DNA of 64,000 nt from Azolla caroliniana. Taxonomy: Eukaryota; Plantae; Polypodiophyta. Positions 23,900-37,354 of this stretch are shown here, one piece after another. The notes below the pieces were generated by a model, which ran no database searches, had not been told where the DNA came from, and worked only from the letters and a program-made list of their open reading frames with translations. Position 1 is the first letter of the stretch. Each line of letters opens with the position of its first letter. The translations under genes and the position numbers were made by a program. The DNA lies in NCBI GenBank assembly GCA_043228905.1, contig JBHGNT010000003.1:14880001-14944000 (forward strand). The letters are read 5' to 3'.

Positions 23900-25020
23900 A
23901 GACAGATGGCCCAGGGTGGATTGAACTGCCCACGTTAGCACCAAGTACAAAATTGTGGACCGGAAGGTGAGGCCAATCGTAACACCCCTACCGGAGGACA
24001 GTTGGGAACAGATGAAGGAGGTCATGTCCGACCCAAGTATGCAAGATCCACACGACATAGGGCACTAGTTAACCGAGTAGACTCTACAGAAGATCAAGAT
24101 TGGTGGGGGTGGCTTCTTACTGCCCAGGGTGTAGGACAGATTCTAAAGAATGCTCGAAAGTCACGGAAAGGCTTTCTCTTTCTCACCGGAACAGATCGGG
24201 TGCGTCGACCCTATGATCGTGGAACCAGTGGTGATATTCATAGTACCGCATGTACCGTGCAGCCTTAAACTGATTACGGTACCGAGTGCTCACATCCTAA
24301 AGTTGATGGAGCTACTCAAGGAGAAGATTGAGATGGACCGTATCCTCGAACCGTCGAGTGCCCAATATTTGAATCAGTGGTTCATAGTGCCGAAGAAGAA
24401 CGGCATGCTACGCTTCATACAGAACCTGCAACCAATCAATAAAGTGACAATCCGGAATGTAGGGGTCGATCCGACCATCGATGAGTTCGCAGAGGCCTTC
24501 GCCGGAAGGTCGATATACTCGGTTGGAGATTTGTACTCATCGAAAGTAGGGACATCACGACGATGCGGACCCCTCTCGGCTTAGTTCGGATGTGTACCCT
24601 GCCAAAAGGAGGGACGAACTCGGTGGTGCACATGGTGAATGCAATGAATAAGGTGTTGAGGGATTGTATCCCAGACATCACCATGTCGTTCCTAGACGAC
24701 ATCCCGATAAAAGGGTATCTAGATGATCAGAAGGACGGGTCGGTCGGAGAAGACGGATGACGAAAGTGCGTTGCTGACCATGTTGCAGATAACAAGAAGA
24801 TAATGTAGAGGTTGGAAGGGGCACGCCTAACCTTCTCAGGAGAAAAGTCGGCATTCAAAACGTCGGAGATCTTGGTGGTTGGTCACCTATGTGGACCCTA
24901 CGGTCGAAAATCGTCTCCGGCTAAGGTAGAGGCCATCTTGGCGATGAAGGAGGAATGCATGTCCCCCACGGAAGTTCAATGGTTCCTAGGAGCATGTGCC
25001 TTCTACCACATTTGGATCTA
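23900..25020 (+). pseudogene. Gypsy RT fragment of a divergent family
   Basis: YKIVDRKVRP, WFIVPKKNG, GRSIYSVGDLYS, LPKGGTNSV, FLDDIPIKG, FLGACAFY. Confidence 0.8.
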
Positions 25021-26759
25021 ACAATCGGCAGTGGTTCGGTTTGAACCGAACCGAACCACGAAACCGCGACTTAACGGTTTAGCGGTTTCAATGGTTCGGT
25101 TCGGTTCGGTTCAGGTTTGGATTTTCGCAAACAGTTTGGTTCGATTTAAGGGGGCAACAGTTTGGTTTGGTTCAGTTCGAACCCTCACCGGTTTAAAGGT
25201 TTCGGTTTAAACTATTCGAAAACTGCGGTTTAAACGGTTTTAAACGGCTTAACGGTTTGGGTGATAGTTTTATAAATATTTTCTTTTAACACATATTTTA
25301 AAGGTCAAATTTATCAATTTTAGAAATATTGAAAGTAGATTTTGACCTAACTTCTAAAAAACACATATCTACTTCTTGATATGCTTCTTCTTCTTCTTCG
25401 AAAACAAACTGTCGACTCTCTTCTTCTTCATGTTCTACCTCTTTTTCTTCTTCGAAAACAAACTCTTGAGTCTCCTCCTTCTCCTTCACCTTGTTCTTGT
25501 GCGGCCCAGTCTCTTCGAAAATAAGTTGTGAGTCTGAAGAGTTTGCATAGAGGTATTTTCATTAAATTTCATTTGGATAGAGGTACTTTTATTTGGTGCA
25601 CACATATATAAGAAGAAGAACTAACCATGAGTTGTGTTTCATACCAAATATAATTCTTTTACTTTCATATTGTGGCCCGTGGGTATCCTACATTTAACAT
25701 GTTATTTTAAACAATAGCTTTAGTAAAAACTTGCATATGTGAACATTTTACTATGTTGTAACAACATAGTAAAATGTTCACATATGCAACCGATTGTTAA
25801 TGTTGTTTATGCAACCGATTTTGAATGTGTGTGGAAATGTATCGTATAAATTACACTTTCTACAATTAGTTAGTTCACCTACTATCTTTAAGACACAACG
25901 ATTCCTTGGATTGCCCAAACTTTTCAATTTTGTTGTTGGAAACACATACAAATCAATTACGTAGATAAAACTACATGATAGAATGTTTTTTTTATGAATT
26001 TGAGTTGGTACACCCCTCTTTATATCAAAATACTCAATAAACATGTTTGATAAATGATGTATGAACTTTTTAATAATAAGAGGCTATTTTCAATAATCTT
26101 GTTTTGTAATTTGCAGTCAAGTAGATATGTTTTTCCCATCATCTAAATGATCTATATTTTGAATACTCTAATAGCATGCCTATTTGTCTTGGATTTTTCT
26201 AAAAATTGAATTCTAATGCAAGGATTAGAAGATCGACCACATGATGAAATCAATATACATTTTATATGGTCAATAGAAATTGCATTTCAACAATACTATG
26301 TGGGAAAAATGGATGTCTTAAACTAATTTAATAGGATGAAAAAATGTTTGTGTCCTAATGATAAAATACTTGTGGATAGGCATGTGGAGGCTCATATGTA
26401 AGTTGTATGTTTAATTCGTTTGTTTCTTATTTCAATGGGAAATCGTGTAAACTAGGAAGATAATGTTTTAGACTAAAAACATAATGGATTTTTTAAATGC
26501 ATTCCATGCACATGTTGATCCTTTGTCCATCCTATATTTGTTTATATCCTTGGAAAATGAATACAAAATATTCTTTTTCGTTTCAGACAAGGGTAGTTAT
26601 ACAGTTGATGCATGGTTATTTTCTCAATTTCCAGAAAGAAATCTAGAAAGCAATGCCCATTTTCATGTCTATCAAGAAAGTCATTGGCATCATCCCCTTG
26701 GGCCCTCTTATTGGAGAGGGCTAGAAAAGCGTATAGAATCAAGTCTTTCATGGCAATAT

Positions 26760-26900
26760 GATGGAGTAAAACTTCACTTTTATTACCATAGAGTGTATTT
26801 ATGTAAGACCTATCCTCTACACTCCATAACTTAATTGTCCTATCAAATGAGGCAAACATAAGTTGGTGTGTTCCTTGTCTAAAGATAAGGGATGAAACAA
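26760..26900 (-). pseudogene. WD40 fragment resembling RRP9/U3-55K (U3 snoRNP protein)
   Basis: SLIFRQGTHQLMFASFDRTIKLWSVEDRSYINTLYGNKSEVL resembles the FRxGT...SFDRTxKxW...TLFGHQSEV repeat; isolated, no other exons seen. Confidence 0.6.
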
Positions 26901-27029
26901 CTCCTCTATGTAAAGGAAAATTGTATGAAAGGAAATTGATTCAATAAAATACGATAGTTTGGTTATTTGTCACACTGGGTTCTTATTTTGTTGGTAAATA
27001 TGAACATTTCTACAGTTCTTGTTGGATCC

Positions 27030-28387
27030 TATAGATCGAGGTCCTCAATTTATCTCACACTTTTGGAAGCACCTATGGGCAGGCCTCAAAATCTCTTGCA
27101 AACTCTCTTCGGCTTATCATCCACAAACTGACGGACAAACAGAGCGCACAAATCAAACGCTCGAGCAATATCTTCGATGTTTCATTAGTTATCAACAAGA
27201 TGATTGGAGTAATATTTTACATCTTGCCGAGTTTGCATACAACAACACGGTCCACTCTTCTACCAAAGTTACATCTTTCTTTGCCTACACCGGCAACCAC
27301 CCTCGATGGTGTATACTGGATCTTCCCGAGCTGTCACGTAACCCTAGTGCGGCGCATCACCTCCACCGACTATAACAAATCCAGTTCGAGTTATCGTCAC
27401 ATCTTCAGAAAGCGCAAGCACACCATAAGACCAATGTCGATCGACATCGTCTTAAGTCTCCGTTTAAGGTTGGTGACCGTGTATGGTTGCTTCATCGTCA
27501 CATCAAGACTACCCGACCGTGTGCTAAGCTTGACTATCAACGCTTAGGTCCTTTTGTCATCACGGCGCAGATTAATGATGCAACATTTCGTCTTAACCTT
27601 CCTGCACATATGCGGTTCACCCTGTCTTTCATAGCTCTCTTTTGGAACCTTGCCACACCTCTTTAATTCCTAATCATGCCGTGCCACCACAGCCTTCTAT
27701 ACAACTTGTGGACGGCCCCGAATACGAGGTAGTTGCTATTCTCGATTCTAAGATTGTGCGCAATAAGCTTTATTATCTAGTTGATTGGCTTGGCTATCCT
27801 CCGAGTGATCGCACTTGGGAACCCATCGATAACGTTTGTAATGTTGAAGCTTTGGTCAACGACTTCCATCGTCACTATCCAAACAAGCCTGGCCAAACAA
27901 TGTTAATGCCGGCTTCCACTCGGCATTCTCGAAAGAGGGATAGTGTCATGAACACATGACCATTATGGCGTCACCCGGACTTGAACCTCGAACCTTGTAA
28001 TCCATACTTGAAAACCTCAACCATTAAGATAGCTTATTGTTATATGAAACAATAAAAGCTACTTCTTGTATTACATTGATTATTGTAAAAACTCTAGATT
28101 ATTCTAGAATGTTCTAGAATGTCCTAGAGCATTCTAAGTCTAGAACATTCTAGATCATTCTAGAAATCTCTAAGCTATTCTATAGGAACCTATAAATAAG
28201 GGCATACATGTATTCTCAAATCAATTCGAATCAACACCAGTCTTTAGCTCTCATTACATATCTTGTATCCATTCTCTTTCTTTCTCTATCTTATACATCC
28301 ATTCTTCTCTTAGTATTTGGTTACTTTCTTCTCGTGTTCTCTAATATCCTTCTTCCATCACTCCATCTTTTATCCTTGGTTCTGACA
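27030..28387 (+). mobile_element. Chromovirus (Tcn1-like) Gypsy 3' end: integrase, chromodomain, PPT, LTR 27944-28387
   Basis: [21 protein letters not shown] motif, chromodomain YEVVAILDS..YLVDWLGY..TWEP; PPT GAAAGAGGGATAG; LTR TGTCA...TGACA. Confidence 0.9.
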
Positions 28388-30896
28388 CTCGCAAGTCTTG
28401 GAACCATTCTTGATGGGACGTCATATGGTCTGAGGGACCGGAGTCGACGAACCATACGTCTTCCGGATTGGAGGTACTAATTGAAGTAGAGGCCAACATG
28501 GAATTTTCTCTATGACTCATCACGAACATTAGTGAGTTGTCGGCTTGTGGAAGCCAACTCACATTTCTTCTTTTGGCACCCCTCTTCATGGTGGCCGATT
28601 TTGTCGTAGTATCCGCATTCGATGGGGTTGTTTTGCCCGCTTGGTCTGGCATGGAAGCCCCCCCTTCTTCCAAACGTACCTCGTGAGTTTCCACCTTCTT
28701 GACGGTAATGGGAGTTGTTTTCATAGGTCGAACCTCGTCCACCTCGTCCTTGGCCGAACCGGCCTCTTCTTGCACGACCGCCTCCTCTACCACCGTCCGA
28801 GTGCGAATAAAGCATGTGTGCTTCTACGGCCATCATGCTCCTTGATTGGACATTGTCGTGAAGTACAAAAGCTTCACATTAAAAATCTACAATAAGGTAA
28901 ATACATAATGAAAATAAAATAAACCTTTATAATGTTAATAACATACTATGATAATATTATACATTATATGTAGAGACAAATATATATATATCTATTATAT
29001 TAGATGGACAAGAGAGGGCTTGAACTAATAAACCCTACCTTATGACACTCAAAGGTTACCATTTAGCCTATACTTATAATTTACAAAATAATATATGATT
29101 TGAAGTAGTATTTTATAGTCTAAACCATGTAATATAATACATGTACAAAATTACATGGGCAAAAGAGGACTTAAACCAACAACCTCAACCTTATGGCACT
29201 CAAACCTTACCATTTAGCCTATACTTATAATGCATATAAATATGTGTCTTGTTTTCATTTTAAGTAGTATTATATGGTTTAAACCATCAAACGTGCTACA
29301 TGTGCACCATATAGCACACATGCAAGAGCCTCTTTGCATGTGCACCACATGGCCCACATGTAGAACCATCTCTTCCCTATAAAAGGAGAAGGAAGTATAG
29401 ACAAAGGAAAGCAAGAAATAAGATGGAAATGATTATATTGGATCTAGAGAAAGATATATTTTAATAGAGAAAGAGAGAGAGAAAGGTATTCTTAAAAGAG
29501 AAAAGAAGAACTAGCTTGGTGGTGGTGGTCCTCAACTCGCAACGGAAGGGCGGCAGTTCGAGTCTTATACTTGTCGAGAGATTGAAGGGAAGACTATGGT
29601 CTACCATCAAGAAAGAGAAGAGCGATTACCTTGTGAGACAAAAGCTCGAAGGTTCAACGATGCTCGCAATCATTTTGTAACTCATTCATCAAATAATTAT
29701 AAGTTTCTTTCATTCCTTCAAATATCATTCTATATCCCATCTTGTCATATCTTGTTGATCTCTATTTACTCTATCTCTACTCTTTCGTCTCTTCCGTCCA
29801 TAATCCCAGTGATTCCTTCCTCACTTTCACGATATCTTTTGTCTACGCAATGGTACGCTTCTAGGCGAGCCATGCCACGACAACGTGATTTTCTTCAACA
29901 AACAGCATCAACTGAAGGTTGAAGGAGGGAGGATTTTCTCTAGTGAGGATAGTCGATCTCATTCTGCCAAATCGGGGTGCTAGGCTACCGAGGCATATTT
30001 GCACCATCTCGTCATCATCAACGTTGACGTTGATTGAGCCGAGTGAGTCCCACATCTCCTTGATCTTCAAGGTATAGATGGTGATTGACATGTCCTTTTG
30101 TTGGACATTGTTCAACTCTTGGCAAAGTTGAAGCTTGTGTGTGGTTGTGTTGGCCATGAAAATCTTCTTGAGATTCTTCTACCCTTCCTTCGGCGTCTTA
30201 GATTCTCGAATGTAGGCGAGCATGTGATCATGCACACATGTCGCCAAACAATAGATTACTCGACTCGCCACTTGCTCCCATGTTGGGTAGTCGGTGTCCT
30301 TTGGGTCAGGTTTGTTTTCTTGTGTTCCTTGAATGTAGCCCCAATAGCCTTGTCCGGCAAGATATTGGTGCATCTTGTATTGTCAAGATGCGAAGTTGTT
30401 TCGATCCAACTTCTTGCTAGGAAGAGAGCTACCCATTTGAGTATTCATGATGGTCGATGTTACAGATTTCCTTCTTCTTTTCCTTCTCTCTCAGACACGA
30501 GCTATGTAGTGGCACTACGATAGTGATGAGCCGGTTCTTCTTGAATCGTCGGCGTAGAATACAACACATGAGGATGGGCTAGATCGAGCCACCAAATCCC
30601 TTTGATATCACATAAAGCATCGAGTGTGATTCTATGCAACGGAATAGATTAGAGATGTGTGTTGTGTGTGTGAAAATGGACAGAGGAGAGGCACAAGATA
30701 GATAGGAAAATAGAATACTCAAGATGTATATTGACAAGGAGTAGAGAATAGCATTACATGGAAGATTAATTAATGACACATAAAAGCATTACATAATTAA
30801 TGTTAGAAAGTAGTGACCTTTGACCTTTGGGTGTAGATACATTCTTAAAAAAGGTGTGTACACACACTAGACTTAGGTTGAGTTTGATTCTCAACA
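28388..30896 (-). mobile_element. Decayed Copia gag-protease region with probable LTR remnant (~30560-30896), split by a solo LTR
   Basis: HQYLAGQGYW, KLQLCQELNN, decayed knuckle CGYYDKIGHHEEGC, WFVDSGPSDHMT; same family as 54086-57230. Confidence 0.8.
28854..29882 (+). mobile_element. Solo LTR with TGTCGTG...CACGACA ends, TSD ACAT/ACGT
   Basis: 7 bp inverted termini, TATAAAA near 29378, Copia frame continues across it. Confidence 0.8.
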
Positions 30897-30899
30897 CTC

Positions 30900-32030
30900 T
30901 CTTACATTTATTTCCATTCAAATATTAGTATATGATATATACCTCATTAGTGTTAACTTTATTTAAACTACTATTTGCTAACAAATTTCTAATCCACCTT
31001 CAATATACATTTGCAAACTAGTGCAATGGGATAGTCCTTGAATCTTCATCCACGCTTCTTTACAACTTCTATGAATCCCAAATCTCAACAAAACTGTTCA
31101 ACCCAATGGAGATTTCGTCCTCGCAATGTATCCTGCATGGAACAATCTCACCTACCAAACCTAGATTTTGAAGAGGAAGGAGAGCACTGATTTTTATCTA
31201 TTAGTCCTCAAACTTGATTGGACGACAAATCATTCTGACACTTTCATGGCAATATCAATCTTTATTGGCACCCAAAAACATTATGCGGTCATCCATTAAT
31301 GCTTGAGCAACATAAGGTTCCCACTATGGGAATGAAAGTCCTACTAACTCTCTTTCACTTGCCATATTATCTAACATTGTTAGAATGGGATGACTTACAA
31401 TTGCAAAAAATAATGGAGCCAATGGGCATCCTTGTCTTAAGAATTTTTGAACTAGAGAAGGTGAAGTGACACCACATTAAGAAATATTGTATTATTGAAC
31501 ACCCCCCTCCTTTTTCCCTCATGTATTGAAAATTGAGAAATTTGCTCTCCAACACCTATTTGCATGCAGTAATTCTCTCAATTCACTACATTTATACGTT
31601 TTGGAAACTTATAAGAGACACAAAATCTTCATTTGAAAGAGGCCAAATAATCTTCTAGGTAGCCTTGCCATTCTATGAGATAAGATCCTTCTAGCAACAT
31701 CTTGTTGGGAGTTGGAGTACTACATATCACGTAAGACTTTTGGCCTTTATCAACCCTTTCGTTACCCCACTCTCGAAATGGCTATTAAACTTAAAGAGTT
31801 TTTTCTTATATGAGATGGGTAGGATGGAATCATGTGTGCCTTCAAATATGGTAGAGTAAGGAGTTCTAAATACATAAATAGTAGCATATCATAGCTCTAT
31901 GTTTTTCTTTATTGCATCCCTTGCTTAAGATAAGACAAGATTGGATCTCATGCACAAACCATTTCATGCATCTTGGTGGCATTTTGTAAATGGTATTATG
32001 ACTTGCTAAGATTTCTTCTTCGACTTAGCA
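30900..32030 (-). pseudogene. Highly decayed Gypsy RNase H/integrase remnant
   Basis: Scattered pol-like peptides only; no long ORF. Confidence 0.3.
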
Positions 32031-34257
32031 CTATCAACAATGGTTCGGGAGTTGCAAACTCAAACTCTTTAAAAATCTTGAAACTTAAAGCAACCCGAAT
32101 CATGAAACCACTTAAACCAAAGCCATTTGAACCAAATCGTTTGAGGCATTTCCGAGCTCAAACAAAGTTTTATAAATTGTGAAGTCTTTAAGACACGATT
32201 TTGCTTGTTTACACAATTTTTGAACAAAGATTTTTCCAAACAAAAATCTTGAGCTTATAAATTGAGGAAAGAAGAAAATGTTGGATCTCAAATGTTCTAA
32301 CTTATTATGTTAATAGGCTATAGCTCTTAACTTTATAAATATAATTCATATTTAACAAATATTTCAAGCTATCCTAACCCTAAACCGTTAACCATCTAAC
32401 CTGCAATTTGCAGTTGTTTAAACGTGTCACTCAAGGTGTCTCATACTAAGGGCACATCTATATATTCCAGAACTGGCATGTTGGCATTAAGAATCATGCT
32501 CTAGAACATTGGATACCCTAATGCTGGTGAACCGAGCGAGGATGGTTGTCAATCATCCTCAAGCTACTACCAACTTCTACCTTAATCTCGCAAACTCTCA
32601 CACTCACCTTATTGAGATAATTCCTAATCAAGGAGCTAACGTAGCTTCACAAAGGCGTAAGTGTTAAATACATACAAATGAAAGTGAATGATTACTTGTG
32701 ATAATGCTAACCACTTCTCAATTGATTAAAAAAATCACTTAACACATGCAAGAAAATGAGTGATTTGGCTAATTTACGCTTAATGCTAATCACTTAACTC
32801 ACGAAAAATGTACAAAACCAAGGGAGAAAGTGAGAGCTCAAGCTCAAACTATGAAGGGGCTCAAAACTAAGGATCGATGAAGAAGCTAAAAAGTCACAAA
32901 AGGTGACTTTTATAGCTTTTTACACAAGGTTTGTCCCCTTTCACATCAAGATGGCCATTTTGCCTAAAGCTTTAGGTCCAACAAATTTGTTCTATTACCA
33001 CTTTTTCCTAGTCTTACCCTTAAAGTAGTACCCACACCAATGTCGATATTTTCATGGGTCTTGCTGCATATGGTGGGTACTTAATATTAAATCACAAATT
33101 GTTAAGTTGATAAAAACTCAAACAGAACCCAGCAACCCCAACCCAAACTCAACCTTTTGTAGATGCTCTAACCTTGAACCAAGCTGAACTATTTAACTCA
33201 TTAAGCTATGGTTTTTGTAGTTTGGTTTAACAACCACTGGCAATTGCTAGATACAAGGAAGTTCTCAATGATTAGCAAGCTCACAATACTTTTATCTTCA
33301 ATGTACAAAGTGGAATAGCCAAATACTTCACATTTTACTATTGTTATCCACGGATCTACCACCACATCCTATTTCTTGTGTTGGGTCATGGCAAAGATGA
33401 TAACAATTCCCTTCACAATGATTATGCAACCGTTTGATCTTGTTTTTTATTTTATTGTATTTAAGTAGAATTATATCCTTTGCAGAAAACAAACGTTATC
33501 CCTCTTAGTAAGGCTTTTCACCATCATTTCTTGTAGAACACATGCTAAAATGCAAAGCTTATATTTAAGCATGTATCATAGTTCAAGAGTTCAAAACCAA
33601 ATATTGCAAAGTGGGTTTTGTTCGTTGATAAATGGTCCGAGAGGTTGTTACCATTTGACATTATAATAAACCACTGAAAATAATATTGACACTATTGGTG
33701 TATGCACTTGATAGATATTTCATTGAAAAGCATATTAAACTCTCTTCACTGAGTTGAGAGCTTGAGTAAATATTGTGAAGATCAGGTCAAAAGTGTGATG
33801 AATCAACATACACTAAGTTTCTCTAATGACTTGCTTTCATTAGTTGAAGCTGGAAAATATTCTCTTTTGACTCGGGCCTAATGTTATGTCAATGTAGAAT
33901 GACCCAATACCCTTAGCTCATACTGAGGGGCAGAAAATGCATCACGATTCCGAGGGAAAGTGTGTCCAGAAAAGGTTTTTTATTTCACCATGTCATCAGT
34001 TTCCTTAATGTAGGATGATACATGGATAAAGTATCCTCCTCATGACATGGAATTTACGTTCTTCCACGAGGTGGACCATGGATTGGCTTTGGTCTGATCA
34101 CAATGGATCCTCATGAAATTTGAAATAAATCATCTGCTTGAGAAGCATCATGCATTGGGTGACATTTCTAAATCAATTCTCGATTTAATGGCTTGGCTTT
34201 AGTCTGATCACAACAGGTCCTCATGCCATTTGCAATAAATCATCTCCTTGAGAAGCA

Positions 34258-36453
34258 TCATGCACTGAATGACATTTCTAAATCATTTCTTGATTTAATG
34301 CCCTCCATAAACAAAAAGAGAACTCGTAACAAAGTTTCTTGAAGAAATTTGTTGTTACCATTGAAGAAGTCAAGCATGTTACGTTCTTGTATTAACATAT
34401 CGAGATCCGACTGTTTTCGTGATTTTCTTAAAATTCTTGTAACTACTTCATACATATCTTGAGTAGGCATGATACCAGTTTTACACATGTCTTCATAAAG
34501 CTTAAGCGCCATGCCATTGTCTCCAATTCTAGAATAAGCTTCCATAATGGCCTTATATTCATATGGGCCATGGCTTCCTCCATACTCCAAGATTTTGTTA
34601 AATATAGTATATGCTCGTTCAGTTTTTCCTGCCTTTCCAAGACATGTAATCAAATCAGCACATGTTGTGTTGTCTAGACAAAAACCCTTGTCCTCCATGT
34701 CCCTAAATAATGACATTGCCTTCTTTTCTTGGAAATTCTTAGCAAAACCTTGAATCACTAATGTGTACGAGACATTATTGGGCTCCAATTCAAATTCTTT
34801 GATGCGGTTGAACACAGTATAAGCCTTCTCAGCTTCACCCGCACAGACATAGAATCGAATCACCATATTGAACATAGGGGTAGTAAAATGCATTCCATCA
34901 TTCTTCAAACCCTCGAAAAGCTCATCTATCAAGAAGGCTTTCTTACCTAAGGAAGTTCTAGACTTGAGAATCTTTTGTATCATCAATGCAGACGTATAAG
35001 CACTATGCTTGAAACCAGCGTTATCTTTCAACCAATGGAAAAATGACCAAAAGGAATCCAGGTTTCTTATCCGTCTTAAAATCTCAAAAACAAGGGAATT
35101 TGAGCATTGCATATTTGAGCAATCAAGAATCTCTTCTACTCTAGGGTTCCATTTATGAAGAGCCTGAGAGAATGCATTGACATCAAACCCAACATGTGTA
35201 CATGTAACATTCTTCCACACACTCATACTATCTTCTAACTCATCTTCCTCTTCATCAACCATATCTTTCTCCTTCATTACAAAACACTTCGACTCTTGCC
35301 ATATCTCTTCCAACAAGGAAGAATAAGATTCCTTTAACTTCCTTGCCACTTGCAAATCTTTAATTTCTAGCATTAGGTGTTTACTCGGCATGTGGAAATG
35401 CTCTCTCATTTCATTCAAGAGTTGAAACACCATATCCACATTCCGAGCTTTAGCAAAACCATTGATGAGAATTTCATAAGTGGCCCTGCTTGGAATAACT
35501 CTAATGGTTTGCATTAATTTCAAGATTTGAGCTCCACTCTGGAAATTGCCAATGTCAACAAGGTGCTTAATAAAAACCGTGTACGTACGACTACTCGGAA
35601 GACACTTCATTCTAAGCATTTCTTCAAAAATAACAGCGATTTTAGCATATTGCTTAATTCTGATTAAGTAATCTATGTAAACAGCATACATGGCCGAGGA
35701 TGGCTTGATCCCTTCACGCCTCACTGCATTCCAATGACAAGAAATCAAGTTCATATCCTTAGCTTTAGAAAACCAAAGCATAACATTGCTGAGGATCACT
35801 CTTGTTATAGTGCAAGAAGAATTGTCCGATTTCATTTCATTGAGAATCTCTTGCATTTCATCTAGAAGCCCCATTCTTCCAAGTGTATTAAGCATTACAC
35901 TATAAGTGAATTCATTATGTTTAAATCCATGCCGACTGTTCTTCAACCAATGGAAAAAATTCAGGATGATATCACAAGGGATGTCAATGCGAAGAACCTG
36001 TATGACTAACATAACATCAAAAGTCACAGGCAACGAATCCAAACTTCTCTCTACCTCGCGATTCCACATACCTTTCTTCAGCAAGTCCACGACAAGACCT
36101 ATCTCTTTCTCTCTTCTGAAGAAATCGAGTAGAGAAACATCTGGTTGTTTCTTCATTCTACCAGTAGATGAGAATTCAGATCGAGGTGCATCTTCCTTCA
36201 TTGCTATTATCGGTCTGTGAAGATTTGTTTCCATCCTGTGAATATCTGTCCTTATCCTGTGAGTATCTGTTTCTTCTTCTTCTTCTCCCCGGTTGAATCG
36301 ATTACCTATACTCCTAAAGCTTCTGCAACTCTGAAAGTGAAATGAAAGGAACATTGTTCGATGAAGAAAACCATATCTGACCTTATTTTGCTTCGAATTG
36401 AACGATGACAACAGAGAGTATGGAATCTTCTTGAAAAGTAATACGTCTTTCAT
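34258..36453 (-). CDS. Single-exon P-type pentatricopeptide repeat protein, probably organelle-targeted
   Basis: Uninterrupted ORF with two PPR clusters, each preceded by FFHWLK...GFKH..FTY/YT; ~35 aa repeats such as PNNVSYTLVIQGFAK; start probably MKDVLLF (36453) or a later Met, as 36528 lies in a GA repeat. Confidence 0.92.
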   Translation of the reverse strand: MKDVLLFKKIPYSLLSSFNSKQNKVRYGFLHRTMFLSFHFQSCRSFRSIGNRFNRGEEEEETDTHRIRTDIHRMETNLHRPIIAMKEDAPRSEFSSTGRMKKQPDVSLLDFFRREKEIGLVVDLLKKGMWNREVERSLDSLPVTFDVMLVIQVLRIDIPCDIILNFFHWLKNSRHGFKHNEFTYSVMLNTLGRMGLLDEMQEILNEMKSDNSSCTITRVILSNVMLWFSKAKDMNLISCHWNAVRREGIKPSSAMYAVYIDYLIRIKQYAKIAVIFEEMLRMKCLPSSRTYTVFIKHLVDIGNFQSGAQILKLMQTIRVIPSRATYEILINGFAKARNVDMVFQLLNEMREHFHMPSKHLMLEIKDLQVARKLKESYSSLLEEIWQESKCFVMKEKDMVDEEEDELEDSMSVWKNVTCTHVGFDVNAFSQALHKWNPRVEEILDCSNMQCSNSLVFEILRRIRNLDSFWSFFHWLKDNAGFKHSAYTSALMIQKILKSRTSLGKKAFLIDELFEGLKNDGMHFTTPMFNMVIRFYVCAGEAEKAYTVFNRIKEFELEPNNVSYTLVIQGFAKNFQEKKAMSLFRDMEDKGFCLDNTTCADLITCLGKAGKTERAYTIFNKILEYGGSHGPYEYKAIMEAYSRIGDNGMALKLYEDMCKTGIMPTQDMYEVVTRILRKSRKQSDLDMLIQERNMLDFFNGNNKFLQETLLRVLFLFMEGIKSRNDLEMSFSA

Positions 36454-36660
36454 GGCTAACAGCAAGCAAAAGTAATACGTCTCTCTATCTCTATCTCTCT
36501 TACTCTCACTCTCACTCTCTCTCCTCATTCATTCCAACCTTCCATGAGAGTCCATGAGAGCACAATGGCGAAGTTTTGCGTTGCTGCTGCGTCTTCCCTC
36601 TTCTTCTTCTTTTTGCTTTGGCGGGATTCATGGTACACGCATGGTACACACACACACTCA

Positions 36661-36693
<33 letters not shown>

Positions 36694-36707
36694 GTCTGTG
36701 TCTGTGT

Positions 36708-36748
<41 letters not shown>

Positions 36749-37354
36749 TGGGTAGTGAAGAAGGAGAGAGGGTGGAGACCGAGCAGAGCGTTATTGGTCT
36801 CCCCCAACCAAAGTAAGAAAGCATCATCATCTTTATTTACATACTTTGTTACTTAAAGAGTTAAATGTATCATGTATGTATGTATGTATGTATGTATGTA
36901 TGTATGTCATTTTGCAATTGGCCCGTCACACTGATAGTGACTAACTGCTACCAAATATTAAAGAGGGCAAGTGAGGGAATCCCGGAGAGGGACGGTGCAG
37001 GTCGCACCGCTGATGGCGCGTTCAATCTCCACCATCCAAGATGGATAAAAAGCTGACAACGTCTGTCACAAGGAGCCCGACTCTGTGAAAAGGAGCCCAA
37101 CTCTACGAAAGGGAGCTCAACTCTGTCAAAAGGAGCCCCGTTGTCAGACAGCCTCTGCAAGAGGGAGCCCGACTCTGTAGAAATAAACATCAAAAACTCC
37201 ACAAAATTGTAAGTGTACAACAAATATTTGCCATGAAACTGATCATAAAATTTCTCAAAAAAACCTAAATATTCAAATAACAAGTCTTACATAGAATATT
37301 AAAATGTCAAATGTTGACAACCCTAAAATGAAATATACACGTTACATATTAAGA

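Larger units (their letters stand above)
25029..33239. mobile_element. Putative old hAT-like non-autonomous element hosting nested insertions
   Basis: CAGTGGTT...AACCACTG ends with AACCG-rich subterminal repeats; flanks ACAATCGG and GCAATTGC match at only 5 of 8. Confidence 0.35.

Noticed and set aside
36454-36528. N-terminal extension of the PPR ORF
   Set aside because: Encoded largely by GA microsatellite; more likely 5' UTR.
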